DNA of 64,000 nucleotides from a virus (lineage: Duplodnaviria; Caudoviricetes). Positions 7,202 through 16,774 of this stretch are shown here, in pieces. The first letter of the stretch is position 1. Each line of letters starts with the position of its first letter. Where the stretch lies: the IMG/VR virus record IMGVR_UViG_2929541355_000001, positions 28,287-92,286 of that record; one strand, 5' to 3'. The position numbers were made by a program, and so were the translations under genes. Below the pieces are notes generated by a model. The model made no database searches and was not told where the DNA came from. It was given only the letters and a program-made list of their open reading frames with translations.

Positions 7202-9379
7202 ATGTCCAGTGCAGAACTGCCGGTGACGCTCACCGACAAGCCGAAGCGGTGGGATTTCTCGCGAGACGCCGTCACCCCCGGACGTCTCGTTGCGTGGGGC
7301 GGCGAGCTTGCTGTCGCCTCTGCGCTTGTGGCCCCGCTCGCCGACATCCCGTGGACAGCAGGCGCCGGAGCCGGCGTCATCTGCACGGGCGCAGCCGTCA
7401 TGTACGAGCACGCCCGCGGATCGTGGCGTCGAGTCACCGTCGCCCGCGCCGCCTCATGGTTGTCCATGACCGGATGGCTCTCGTACACGCTCGCCGAAGG
7501 ACCCACCCTGCTGAAGATGGCCTTCGGCGGCGCCATCTGGGCAACCGGAGCGGCCGTCAATATCGGCATGGACCGGTGGGGCGAAGAAACGAAAGCAGCC
7601 GAGAAGGAGCTCGACCGCCAGCTGGAGAAGGGCGAGCAGATCAAGGGTGCGCAGGACTCCTGGGCGCGCCTCCTCGACGACGTCTGCGGCATCGAGGGCG
7701 CGGTCGCCGACCCCGTTGTCGACCGGTGGCGTTCCGGCGCTGGTGAAACCGTGAAGATCACACTCCCGGCTCAGATGAACGTTGATGCCCTCCGCGGCTA
7801 CGAAGCCGCCCTCGCGGGCGCCCTGCACCTCCCCAAGGGTGGCGGCGTCTCCTTCAACGCTGGCGGCCCCACCGTCCCCCGCAACGTTGTCTTCATCGCC
7901 ATCACCAGGAAAAACATGATGTCCGGGGCGATTCCGTACCCGCGTCTGACACCGACCACGATCAACAAGCCGGTCGGCTTCGGGATCGTCGGCAACGGCG
8001 ACGAAGCCGGTCTCAACCTCAAGGACGAAGGATTCATCGCGATCGGAGCCCAGGGCTCCGGCAAGACCGCCCTGATGAAGACCCTCGGGCTCGGGCTCGT
8101 CCGGTGCGTCGATGCGATCGTCATCGACCTCGATACCTCCGCGAAGATGTCCGCGGTCTTCGTGAACCCCTACCTGCGGTACGGCATCGGACGCCCCCTC
8201 ATCGACTGGCCCGCCACGACCGAAGACGAGTGCCGCCTCGTCATCCAGGCAGCGAAGGCAGCCATCTCCGCCCGCAAGACCGAGTACGCCGACCTCCTCG
8301 AAGACGAAGACGTCGACAACCTCCCCGCCCGACCCGACATCCCTGCCATTCACATCCGGGTCGACGAGACCAAGTCCATGCCCGACGACGTCCTCGACGG
8401 CATCGACTTCATCATCGAGGAAGGCCGCAGCGTCAACGTCCGCGTCAGCAACACCGGACTCCGCGCAACACGCGAATACATCACCGGCACGATGGACGAA
8501 CTCACCCCCGGCCGCATTGGTCTACGCACAAACAACTCTTCCGAACTGCAGATGCTGTTCCCCGACGCCGGCGCACCCGACATGGCGATCTTCACCGACC
8601 CCGGCACCGTCGCCTACATGTCCACGACCAAGGGCCCGTTCCAGCCCACCCCGGCCAAGGCCTACGCCACCATGGCCGAAGCCTTCACGCAGGGCAGCGG
8701 CGACTACACACAGATGCAGAACCTATTCATGGACGCCGCCCGCGAACTCTCCCCGATCCGCCCGGACATGGACGACATCACCGCCCGCGCCATGGGACTC
8801 GCCTGGACCCAGCGCTGGGCCCGCATCATCCCCAACCTTCGCGGCGACGCCTACGGCAACGTCACCGCCGAACGCATGCACGAGTCCGTCTGGGAGCTGT
8901 ACACCTCCTGGGAAACCCCCGCGTCGCCCGCCCTTCTCCTCGGACACATGACCGACGACGACGGCGACCCGATCACAGCCCCCCTGTCCGGGAAAGGCGC
9001 CGACATCCCGCGCCTCACCGAAACCCTCATCGACGAAGACGAACTTGAGCGCGCCGCCCAGCAGGAAGCAGCGATCGAACTCGCGAAGTCCGCGCCCCGC
9101 CCGAAGTCCAACGACGACCTCGCCGTCGAGCTCTTCACTGCCCAGGGCGGCCCCGCGAAACCGTCTGAGATCTACCCCCTGATGGTCCGCGCCGGCTACG
9201 ACAAGTCCGACCGAACCTTCCGAGACCTGTGCGCCAAACTTGGCCTGCAAGACAGGCTAGTTAGGGGTGATGATGGAACCTACGCGGCCCCTGAAAGCGG
9301 TGAGGTTCCCAATGCAGCCGGACGAGTTCCCGGAGCTGAAGATGACCCCGATGGACACAGTGATGCTCCACATGGCTGA
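7202..9379 (+). CDS. traB: TraB-type FtsK/SpoIIIE conjugative DNA translocase
   Basis: N-terminal TM helices, Walker A GAQGSGKT, Walker B IRVDE, GRS..V motif, C-terminal winged helix. Confidence 0.85.
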   Translation: MSSAELPVTLTDKPKRWDFSRDAVTPGRLVAWGGELAVASALVAPLADIPWTAGAGAGVICTGAAVMYEHARGSWRRVTVARAASWLSMTGWLSYTLAEGPTLLKMAFGGAIWATGAAVNIGMDRWGEETKAAEKELDRQLEKGEQIKGAQDSWARLLDDVCGIEGAVADPVVDRWRSGAGETVKITLPAQMNVDALRGYEAALAGALHLPKGGGVSFNAGGPTVPRNVVFIAITRKNMMSGAIPYPRLTPTTINKPVGFGIVGNGDEAGLNLKDEGFIAIGAQGSGKTALMKTLGLGLVRCVDAIVIDLDTSAKMSAVFVNPYLRYGIGRPLIDWPATTEDECRLVIQAAKAAISARKTEYADLLEDEDVDNLPARPDIPAIHIRVDETKSMPDDVLDGIDFIIEEGRSVNVRVSNTGLRATREYITGTMDELTPGRIGLRTNNSSELQMLFPDAGAPDMAIFTDPGTVAYMSTTKGPFQPTPAKAYATMAEAFTQGSGDYTQMQNLFMDAARELSPIRPDMDDITARAMGLAWTQRWARIIPNLRGDAYGNVTAERMHESVWELYTSWETPASPALLLGHMTDDDGDPITAPLSGKGADIPRLTETLIDEDELERAAQQEAAIELAKSAPRPKSNDDLAVELFTAQGGPAKPSEIYPLMVRAGYDKSDRTFRDLCAKLGLQDRLVRGDDGTYAAPESGEVPNAAGRVPGAEDDPDGHSDAPHG

Positions 9380-9485
9380 GCTGATCGAAGGCCTGAAGAA
9401 GGCCGGACTCAGCGAGAACTCAGCGGTGCGCTTCGCAGCCATCTACTTCAACGAGCAGTCCCGCAACGAGCCGGACGACGACTGA
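9312..9485 (+). CDS. Small hypothetical protein overlapping traB 3' end
   Basis: MQPDEFPELK...; followed by terminator. Confidence 0.5.
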   Translation: MQPDEFPELKMTPMDTVMLHMAELIEGLKKAGLSENSAVRFAAIYFNEQSRNEPDDD

Positions 9486-9501
9486 CGCAACACACGACCA
9501 G

Positions 9502-9532
9502 GAAAGCCCCCGGGTCGTACCCGGGGGCTTTC
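9502..9532. terminator. Intrinsic terminator-like hairpin
   Basis: GAAAGCCCCCGGGT-CGT-ACCCGGGGGCTTTC perfect stem. Confidence 0.75.
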
Positions 9533-9579
9533 TGCGTCCACACCCACCTCACCGCCGCCACACGAAGGAGTGCCAGCCC

Positions 9580-10083
9580 GTGAACCGCCTGCCCGACCCG
9601 CTGCAGCCCACCACCCAGGCCGGGCAGCCCACCGACACCGCCCGCGACCTCATCAACGCCGTCGAGGAAGCCCTCGCCGCCCGGCAGATCACCGCCTACC
9701 GCGACCCCACCCCGCTTCCCATCACCGGCACCACCCCGCCCGTCGCCCAGCCCGGCCGGCCGCCGATGTCTCAGAAGGCCACCGACATGAGCGGCCTCAT
9801 GCTCGCCAGCGGCGCAACCACCGTCATGGTCGGCGGAACCGCCTCGCTCGTCATGCTCGCCAGTGGGTACGCCGACCCTGTCGTCTGCGCCATTGTCGTC
9901 GGCGCCCCCGCCGTTCTCGTACTTGCCCTCTCCCGCCTTGTCGGCAAGGCCAAGGCTGTCGTCGCAGCAGCACCCGCCACCAACCACCACCACTACAACG
10001 GGAACGTCACCGTCGACCAGCGCAGCCTCAACACGACGACCCGCGGCGTCATCGCGAACACCCGGAATGAACTTCCCAAGTGA
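9580..10083 (+). CDS. SpdD-like membrane protein
   Basis: PPVAQPGRPPMSQKATD motif, two TM helices, HHHYNGNVT tail resembling Streptomyces spread proteins. Confidence 0.6.
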   Translation: MNRLPDPLQPTTQAGQPTDTARDLINAVEEALAARQITAYRDPTPLPITGTTPPVAQPGRPPMSQKATDMSGLMLASGATTVMVGGTASLVMLASGYADPVVCAIVVGAPAVLVLALSRLVGKAKAVVAAAPATNHHHYNGNVTVDQRSLNTTTRGVIANTRNELPK

Positions 10084-10291
10084 ACGAGCCCCTGCCCCGC
10101 ACCACTGTGGTGGCCGCCCGCCTTTCCGGCGGGCGGCACCTCATCGCCAGCCTCGACCCGGACACCCCCGAACAGAACAGCCCCCTACGACGCCACCTAC
10201 GCGCCGAGACCGCACAAACGCCTAAAACCCACAGCACGACGCAACAGGCAACCCTTACCGCCGCACCAGCCGAGCCGAAAGCGTAGAAGGC

Positions 10292-10738
10292 ATGCAGACC
10301 ACACACCTCGACGGGGCCGGTCCCGTCTCCGCTGTCATTCGCTCGATCGGCGTCCGCCACGAAGGCGCCCACGACTTGGTCACCGACGGCTTGTACGTTG
10401 ACCTACGGCGTGCGCTCCGCAACCCCGCCGACGACCCCACCATGCGGTTCCGCACCGGCCTGGACGCCGACGTATACGCCCACGTCCTCGCGACACCCGG
10501 GGCACAGGAGCTGATCGCCCGAACAGCAGTCCAGCTACGCGCTCTGGCCGACGAAGTCCCGACTGGACACCTGGTCCGCATGACCGTTGCATGCCAAGGC
10601 GGCCGCCATCGCTCCGTGGCGGTCGCGGAAGCGGTCGCCCGCCGCGTCTGGGCGGCCTGGGGAGGCAAATACGGAGTCGAGGTCGAACACCACCACATCG
10701 ACCACCCGGTCCTACCCGCCGCCACGACCGGCACCTGA
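10292..10738 (+). CDS. Stand-alone RapZ C-terminal domain protein
   Basis: VDLR..LRNP...TGLD...VACQGGRHRSVAVAE...VEHHHI; no N-terminal kinase domain. Confidence 0.8.
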   Translation: MQTTHLDGAGPVSAVIRSIGVRHEGAHDLVTDGLYVDLRRALRNPADDPTMRFRTGLDADVYAHVLATPGAQELIARTAVQLRALADEVPTGHLVRMTVACQGGRHRSVAVAEAVARRVWAAWGGKYGVEVEHHHIDHPVLPAATTGT

Positions 10739-10929
10739 ACCGGGGGAGGAGCAGCCCGGACAAACCCCCGAACGTACGCCACGCTGTAACTACACAGCCC
10801 GGTCGGGGAGCCCCGGTGTCCCCGCGCCCACTCCCCGGCCAGGCCGTGCCACGCATAACCGCCCGCAACCCGGGCACCAGACGATCTGACCCGAGCTCCA
10901 GCAGGCACATTCGACCTGCTTGAGCACCT

Positions 10930-10965
10930 CGGAGCCCCCGCCAGCTGATGCTGGCGGGGGCTCCG
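10930..10965. terminator. Bidirectional terminator-like hairpin between convergent genes
   Basis: CGGAGCCCCCGCCAGC-TGAT-GCTGGCGGGGGCTCCG. Confidence 0.75.
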
Positions 10966-10976
10966 GCGTATTCCGG

Positions 10977-11681
10977 CTAGTGCACGGGCTTCCACACCGC
11001 GCACCGCTCCGACGTGAACTGACCATCCGACGCCGCGATCGTCACCGTGATCGACTGCGCCGACGTCGCCAGATTGTTCGCGATGATGTCACCGCCCTTC
11101 GACGTCCGCTCCCAGTAGCAGTCCTGCATGCGCCCCTTAGCCCGATACGTGCCCGGCGGAATCGTCTCCACGCCCTCCTCAGCCTCGGCCGCAGTCGGCG
11201 CCTTCGACGACACCACGTACGTGCCATCCCCGAACCACCGGTCATAGCGGCCCGACACCGCCTGCTTCAACACCGGCTCCCACTTCGGGCACAGCTTCGG
11301 AATGCCGGCTTGCAGCACCGCCTTCCCGTCGTCGTCCATGTTCCCGGACTCGGCCAGCCACTGCGGCCGCGACGCCCCATCCACCGCGCTCACCGGCAGG
11401 GACTCACAGATGTCCGCCACAAAGTCTGACGCTGCCGGATACAGGTCATCGACAACCCAGCCCTTCTCATCAGCCAGCTTGTCCAGGTCCCCCTCAGGCG
11501 TATCCGGATATGCAGGCTCGGCCGGCACAGCCTCCTCCTCCGGCACCGGCGCATCCAACCCGCTCGCCGACGGACTTGAGGACGCCGAACCCCCAGCACC
11601 CCCGTCTCCACCACACCCCGACAACACGGCCACCGCGGCGAACCCCGCCACAACAACCCCCACCCCACGCATACGTCTCAT
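10977..11681 (-). CDS. Lipoprotein
   Basis: Signal peptide with lipobox VLSGC; C-terminal PGTYR...CYWER...C domain. Confidence 0.8.
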   Translation of the reverse strand: MRRMRGVGVVVAGFAAVAVLSGCGGDGGAGGSASSSPSASGLDAPVPEEEAVPAEPAYPDTPEGDLDKLADEKGWVVDDLYPAASDFVADICESLPVSAVDGASRPQWLAESGNMDDDGKAVLQAGIPKLCPKWEPVLKQAVSGRYDRWFGDGTYVVSSKAPTAAEAEEGVETIPPGTYRAKGRMQDCYWERTSKGGDIIANNLATSAQSITVTIAASDGQFTSERCAVWKPVH

Positions 11682-11749
11682 GCCGCGCAGGATCCCACCA
11701 GAACCAGGCAGGGGGAAGGAAACCCCGCACATCGGGGATCATCGGTAAT

Positions 11750-11763
11750 AGGCGCGGGGCCTG
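11750..11763 (+). promoter_or_regulatory. Late-gene upstream motif AGGCGCGGGGCCTG (also 13953-13966, 15893-15906)
   Basis: Exact 14-mer upstream of terS, portal and scaffold genes. Confidence 0.7.
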
Positions 11764-11791
11764 ACAACGACCAGCGGGAGCCCCGACCGCC

Positions 11792-12325
11792 ATGCCAGCC
11801 TCCAAAGCCAAGCAAGCACTCACCTCGGAACGGCGCACCAAGCTGTTCCAGCTCCGCCTCCAGGGCGTCAAGTACGACGACCCCCGCATCCTTGCCCTCG
11901 GCTACGCCACACCCAGTGCCGCCAGCAAGGACGTCATCCGCGGCCTCCAGTCCCGCCGCGACGACGAAGCCGCCGAGATCAGTGTCTACCGGCAGCAGGA
12001 GAACGAACGCCTCGACTCCCTCCTCGAAGCCGTCTGGAACAAGGCCACCAGCCCCAGCCCCGTCTTCGACCGGGAGGGCATGGAGGTGGCGCGGGAGATC
12101 GACCTCAAGGCCGTCGACACCGTCCTCAAGCTCATGGACCGCCGCGCCAAACTCAACGGTCTCGACATGCCGCAGCGCACCGAGCTGTCCGGCCCCGACG
12201 GCGGCGCGGTCCCGTTCGGCACCGGCTCTCTCGATGAACTGAACACTCTGATGGGATTCGCTGGCCAGAACACCCTCGCAAAGGGTGTCAAGCAGGAGGA
12301 TGCCGGTGACAACGCCGACGGATGA
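11792..12325 (+). CDS. Terminase small subunit
   Basis: N-terminal HTH, DRRAKLNGLDMPQRTELSGPDGG tail; position before terL. Confidence 0.8.
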   Translation: MPASKAKQALTSERRTKLFQLRLQGVKYDDPRILALGYATPSAASKDVIRGLQSRRDDEAAEISVYRQQENERLDSLLEAVWNKATSPSPVFDREGMEVAREIDLKAVDTVLKLMDRRAKLNGLDMPQRTELSGPDGGAVPFGTGSLDELNTLMGFAGQNTLAKGVKQEDAGDNADG

Positions 12326-13910
12326 ACTCCTCCAGGACGCTTTGCTCCACGAGTACCGCGAGTTGCCTGTAATCGAACGGCGCCGCATCGCCCACGCAGC
12401 CAGCCCCGACGTCCGGATGCATCTCGCCTGGGTGGAGCGGCATATGGCCATGGACCGTTCCCCTGGCGCTCTTGCCGCAGTCCTCACAGCGGGACGTGAG
12501 AAGCAAGCCCGGCATCTCGACATGATCGACGACGTGTTCATGCGGATCGCCGCTGGCGAGCGAATGCAGGTAATGATCACGTGCCCTCCTCGGCACGGGA
12601 AGTCGCAGCGCGCCTCACGCTGGGGCCCTCTCTGGTACCTGCGCCGTCACCCCACTCATCGCGTCATGCTCGCCTCGTATGGTGCCGAACTGGCGGACGA
12701 CCATGGCCGATGGGTACGCGACCAGCTCCGGGAGTACACCCACACGCTCGGAGTGCGCCTCGATGACGGCTCCCGCGCCGCCAACCGCTTCGACCTCGAG
12801 CAGCCCCGCGGGTCGTCTGTGCGCGGCGGCATGGTCACGGCCGGCGTCGGGGGTTCATTGAATGGTAAAGGATTTAATCTCGGCATCATCGACGACCCAT
12901 TCAAGGGCAGCGAGGACGCCAACAGCCCAACCCAGCGCGAACGCAAGTGGGAGTGGTACCAGGCTGTCTTCTACACCCGTCGTGCCCCTGGTGCCTCAAT
13001 CGTATTGATCAACACGCGCTGGCACGAAGACGACTTGTCCGGGCGCATCCTTGCCACCGAACCCGAAAACTGGACCCTCATCGATCTGCCCGCCACCGCA
13101 CTATCCAACGATGACCCACTTGGCAGGAACATCGGGGACGCCTTGTGGCCCGAGCAATACGACGTCGAAGAGCTGGAACGGACCCGCAAAGCGGTCGGCG
13201 AGCGCGTCTGGTGGGCCCTCTATCAGCAGCAGCCCCGCCCACTGTCGGGTGGCGTGTGGAAGCAGTCGTGGATCGACGACCACCGCATCAGCACCGCAGT
13301 CCTGCGCAGCATCGACCTCGACCGGATCGTCATCGCGGTCGACCCCGCCGGCGGAAAGTCCAGCTCGAATGACGAGGTCGGCATCACTGCAGCCGGATCC
13401 GCCTACGTGGAATCCCTCGGCGCACACCACTCCCATCCGGAGATGCGCGACGAGTTCTACGTCCTCGATGACAAGTCCGCGTCCCTCGGTGCGGATGAGT
13501 GGGGCATCGTCGCCTGCCAGCTCGCCATCGACTGGCAGGCCGACGCCATCGTCGTCGAGTCGAACTACGGCGGCGACATGACCGCCCAGGTCATCACCCA
13601 GGCCTGGCAGGAACTCGCCCGCAAGGGCCTGACCGGGCGAATGCTCATGCCCCGCCTTATCCCCATCAACGCCAAACAGGGCAAGCGGCTGCGCGCCGAA
13701 CCCATAGCCCAGCTGTACGGGCAAGGCCGCGTCCACCACGTCGGGCAGTTCACCAAGCTCGAAGGGCAGATGGTCACCTGGATGCCCGGCATGGACTCCC
13801 CGGACCGAATGGACTCCGCCGTCCACGCCCTTACTGAGCTCGCCGAGATCGACGGCCTGGAGACGGCGATGGGCACCTACGACCGCGACGATCCGCCAGG
13901 CCGCCGCTGA
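12306..13910 (+). CDS. Terminase large subunit
   Basis: PPRHGKS Walker A, IIDDP Walker B, TRWHEDD, nuclease AVDPA...SPDRMDS. Confidence 0.95.
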   Translation: MTTPTDELLQDALLHEYRELPVIERRRIAHAASPDVRMHLAWVERHMAMDRSPGALAAVLTAGREKQARHLDMIDDVFMRIAAGERMQVMITCPPRHGKSQRASRWGPLWYLRRHPTHRVMLASYGAELADDHGRWVRDQLREYTHTLGVRLDDGSRAANRFDLEQPRGSSVRGGMVTAGVGGSLNGKGFNLGIIDDPFKGSEDANSPTQRERKWEWYQAVFYTRRAPGASIVLINTRWHEDDLSGRILATEPENWTLIDLPATALSNDDPLGRNIGDALWPEQYDVEELERTRKAVGERVWWALYQQQPRPLSGGVWKQSWIDDHRISTAVLRSIDLDRIVIAVDPAGGKSSSNDEVGITAAGSAYVESLGAHHSHPEMRDEFYVLDDKSASLGADEWGIVACQLAIDWQADAIVVESNYGGDMTAQVITQAWQELARKGLTGRMLMPRLIPINAKQGKRLRAEPIAQLYGQGRVHHVGQFTKLEGQMVTWMPGMDSPDRMDSAVHALTELAEIDGLETAMGTYDRDDPPGRR

Positions 13911-13989
13911 CCGGGGGCAGCGATCCAGGCCCCGCGCCCTACCCTGATCACAAGGCGCGGGGCCTGATCACGTCCAGAAGGGGCGCCTG

Positions 13990-15867
13990 GTGGGCCTTGC
14001 CCGATTCATCGTCGACCGGTGGAGCGCACTGAACTACAAGCGCGCGTTCGCCGACCCGGCGTACAAGCAGCCCAACCGTGAGGTCTTCCCTCACGCCATG
14101 CGCACCTGGGTGCCGAAGGAAGACCACCGGCGCCTCGCCTCGTACACCCTGTTCGCCGCCTACGCGCACAACCAGGCGTGGGAGATTGCGTCGATTCAGG
14201 ACCACACCGACGCCTCCGCCCGGCGGGAGTTCGGCGACCCGGCCATGCTCGTCGCCGCGATCACCTCCCACATGCTGGGTCGCGAGCAGACCATCACCGT
14301 CACCGGGGCTGAGAACGCCGAACCGTCCGACGGATCCACCCCGGACCCAGAAGCCGTGCACGCTGCCGCGGTACAGGAGCGCCTGCGCGCCTGGGCCAAG
14401 GCCGAACAGTTCGCCCTGCGCCTGCAGCAAGCCGAGCGTAAAGCGGTTCGCGAGGGCGACACTGTGTACCTGCTGGGCCTGGACGCAGCCAAGGGCCGGC
14501 CCCGCCTCTCCGTCATCGACGCCGGCTTCTACTTCCCCGACCTCCCCGACAACGCTGGCGACTCCGCGGACTACCCCGACCGGATCCACTTCGCGTGGGA
14601 AGTCGACGCCGACCCCACCGTGTCCGGGGCCAAGGCCAAGCTCCGCCGCCTCACCTTCGAGCTCGGCCCGATCGGCACCCGCACCACCCCGGACACCGAC
14701 GGCCCCCGACCCGTACGCGTCCCCGCATACGACACCGACGGCGCAACCCCACTCATGACCGGCGGCGACGTCTACAACCCGGAGGCCGGCACGATCAGCC
14801 GCCTCTACCCGTGGAACGACACCCCGTCGACCATCACCTGCTACCTCACCGACGCCGAGTGGGACCTCGACGACATCAAGGCCGACCAGGACGTCCACAC
14901 CCTCGACTACCGCTACGCCACTTTCCTGACCCGCGACGACGGTGAAGTCCTCGACCACCTGGACCTCCAGCTGGACTTCATCCCCGCAGTCCACGTCCCG
15001 AACTCGATTCCCGAGGACGGGCACTGGGGCGAGTCATCCCTGGCGCCGCTCCTCCAGCTGTTCGACGAGCTGCAGGGCACCGACACCGACTCCTCTCGCG
15101 CCTCCGCGACCACCGGGGCCCCGATCCTTGGGATCGTGAACCCCGAGGCGAAGGGTGGCCGCCGCGGGGAGACGAAGAAGATCCGTGTCCAGCCCGGGAT
15201 GTGCGTCGAGCTGTCGCAGGGCGGCAACCTCATCACCGTCGACACGTCCCCGCAGCTCGCCGAGCTCCGCAATAAGACCGCCGAACTGCAGGACCGGTTG
15301 TCCCTCAACGCCCGGATGCCCGCCGTGGCCCTGGGTGCCATCGATCCGACGAAGGCGCCGTCCGGGTTCGCGATCGACCTTTCCTACGGGCCGATGGACC
15401 CGATGCTCGACTCCATGCACCTGCCGCGCGACGACAAGTACAGCCTGCTGTTCAAGATGGTCCAGCGCCTGTTCAAGGCCGGCCAGCACCCCGAGTGGAC
15501 CGGCCCCGTCGTCGACACCCGCCTCGTGTGGGGCACCTACAAGCCCACCGACAAGGCCGCCGTCCTGGAGCAGGTCCGCAGCGCGGTCAAGGACGGGGTG
15601 ATGTCCCTGGAGACCGGCATCCGCCTCCTGGACGAGGCCGGGTTCCCGATCAATGACGTCAGCGAAGAGATCGCGCGCATCCAGTCCCGCCAGTTCGAGC
15701 AGGCCCGTGCCCTCGCCGACGCCACCGGATCAACCGACGCTGTGGGTGACTTCCTCGGCATCGACATCAACCCCGACCCACCCCCTCCCGCGCCAGTACT
15801 GCCACCCACAGCGAACCCCGCTGACCAGTCAGAGCAGCCGACCCAGGGGAGCAGGGGGAACGAATGA
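13990..15867 (+). CDS. Portal protein
   Basis: 625 aa after terL; HVPN...WGESSL, PSG.A motifs. Confidence 0.8.
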   Translation: MGLARFIVDRWSALNYKRAFADPAYKQPNREVFPHAMRTWVPKEDHRRLASYTLFAAYAHNQAWEIASIQDHTDASARREFGDPAMLVAAITSHMLGREQTITVTGAENAEPSDGSTPDPEAVHAAAVQERLRAWAKAEQFALRLQQAERKAVREGDTVYLLGLDAAKGRPRLSVIDAGFYFPDLPDNAGDSADYPDRIHFAWEVDADPTVSGAKAKLRRLTFELGPIGTRTTPDTDGPRPVRVPAYDTDGATPLMTGGDVYNPEAGTISRLYPWNDTPSTITCYLTDAEWDLDDIKADQDVHTLDYRYATFLTRDDGEVLDHLDLQLDFIPAVHVPNSIPEDGHWGESSLAPLLQLFDELQGTDTDSSRASATTGAPILGIVNPEAKGGRRGETKKIRVQPGMCVELSQGGNLITVDTSPQLAELRNKTAELQDRLSLNARMPAVALGAIDPTKAPSGFAIDLSYGPMDPMLDSMHLPRDDKYSLLFKMVQRLFKAGQHPEWTGPVVDTRLVWGTYKPTDKAAVLEQVRSAVKDGVMSLETGIRLLDEAGFPINDVSEEIARIQSRQFEQARALADATGSTDAVGDFLGIDINPDPPPPAPVLPPTANPADQSEQPTQGSRGNE

Positions 15868-15932
15868 CCCGGACCATGCTTTCCTTGGATCAAGGCGCGG
15901 GGCCTGGAACAAGTTCGGGAGGACTTGCGCTT

Positions 15933-16676
15933 ATGCGTCGCCCCACGCAGCACCACAACACCCCTGCCATCCACTCCGTGTGGGCGCACCCGTACACCGG
16001 CATCCCTGGTCTCGGCGTGTTCTACAACGACGGCGGAGACCCGCCCACCGGTGGTGCCCCGAACCCGCAGGACCCCCCGAAGCCCGGCCCGCCCGCCACA
16101 CCACGCACCTTCACCCAGGACGAGCTCACCGCCCTGGCCGCGAAGGAGAAGGCCCAGGGAGAGCGTGCCGGCGCCAGGGCCGCGCTGGAGAAGTTCGCCA
16201 CCGAACTCGGCTTCACGAACGTCGAAGACGCCAAGGCGTTCATCGAGGAAGGCCGCAAGGCCAAGGAAGCCCAGCTGAGCGAGCAGGAGAAGAAGGAACG
16301 CGAACTCGCCGACCGCGAGGCCAAGGCCGACGCCCGCGAGAAGGCCGCCGAAGCCCGCGAACGCACCGCGAACCGACGCGCCGTCCTCGTCGGTCTCGGA
16401 GCCACCGGTGACGACCTCGACGATGCCGCCGCCCTCCTGCGGGTCCCGGACGACGTCGACGACACGGACCTGCAGGAAGCGGCCGAGGCGCTGAAGAAGC
16501 GCCGCCCGGAGCTCTTCGGAGTGACCCGGCAGGCCGATCCGGCAGCAGTCCCCCCGGCCCCCACCGGGCTGCCCGCCGCGGGCGTACCCCGCCCCGGCGC
16601 CAACCAGCCCAAGCCCGGTGAGCGAGGCCTGGCCATGCTCAAGCGCCGAGGGAAGATTCCCGCCGACGCCAACTGA
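15933..16676 (+). CDS. Capsid scaffolding protein
   Basis: TFTQDEL...LSEQEK coiled coil; RPELF tail. Confidence 0.8.
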   Translation: MRRPTQHHNTPAIHSVWAHPYTGIPGLGVFYNDGGDPPTGGAPNPQDPPKPGPPATPRTFTQDELTALAAKEKAQGERAGARAALEKFATELGFTNVEDAKAFIEEGRKAKEAQLSEQEKKERELADREAKADAREKAAEARERTANRRAVLVGLGATGDDLDDAAALLRVPDDVDDTDLQEAAEALKKRRPELFGVTRQADPAAVPPAPTGLPAAGVPRPGANQPKPGERGLAMLKRRGKIPADAN

Positions 16677-16774
16677 CCGCACCACCCGCACAATCTCGGG
16701 ACCACGCCCCTCTCCTCGTGGACGCGCCACCCAGTCGGCGCCGCCTGAAACGCACACACCCTGAGGAGAGGGCA

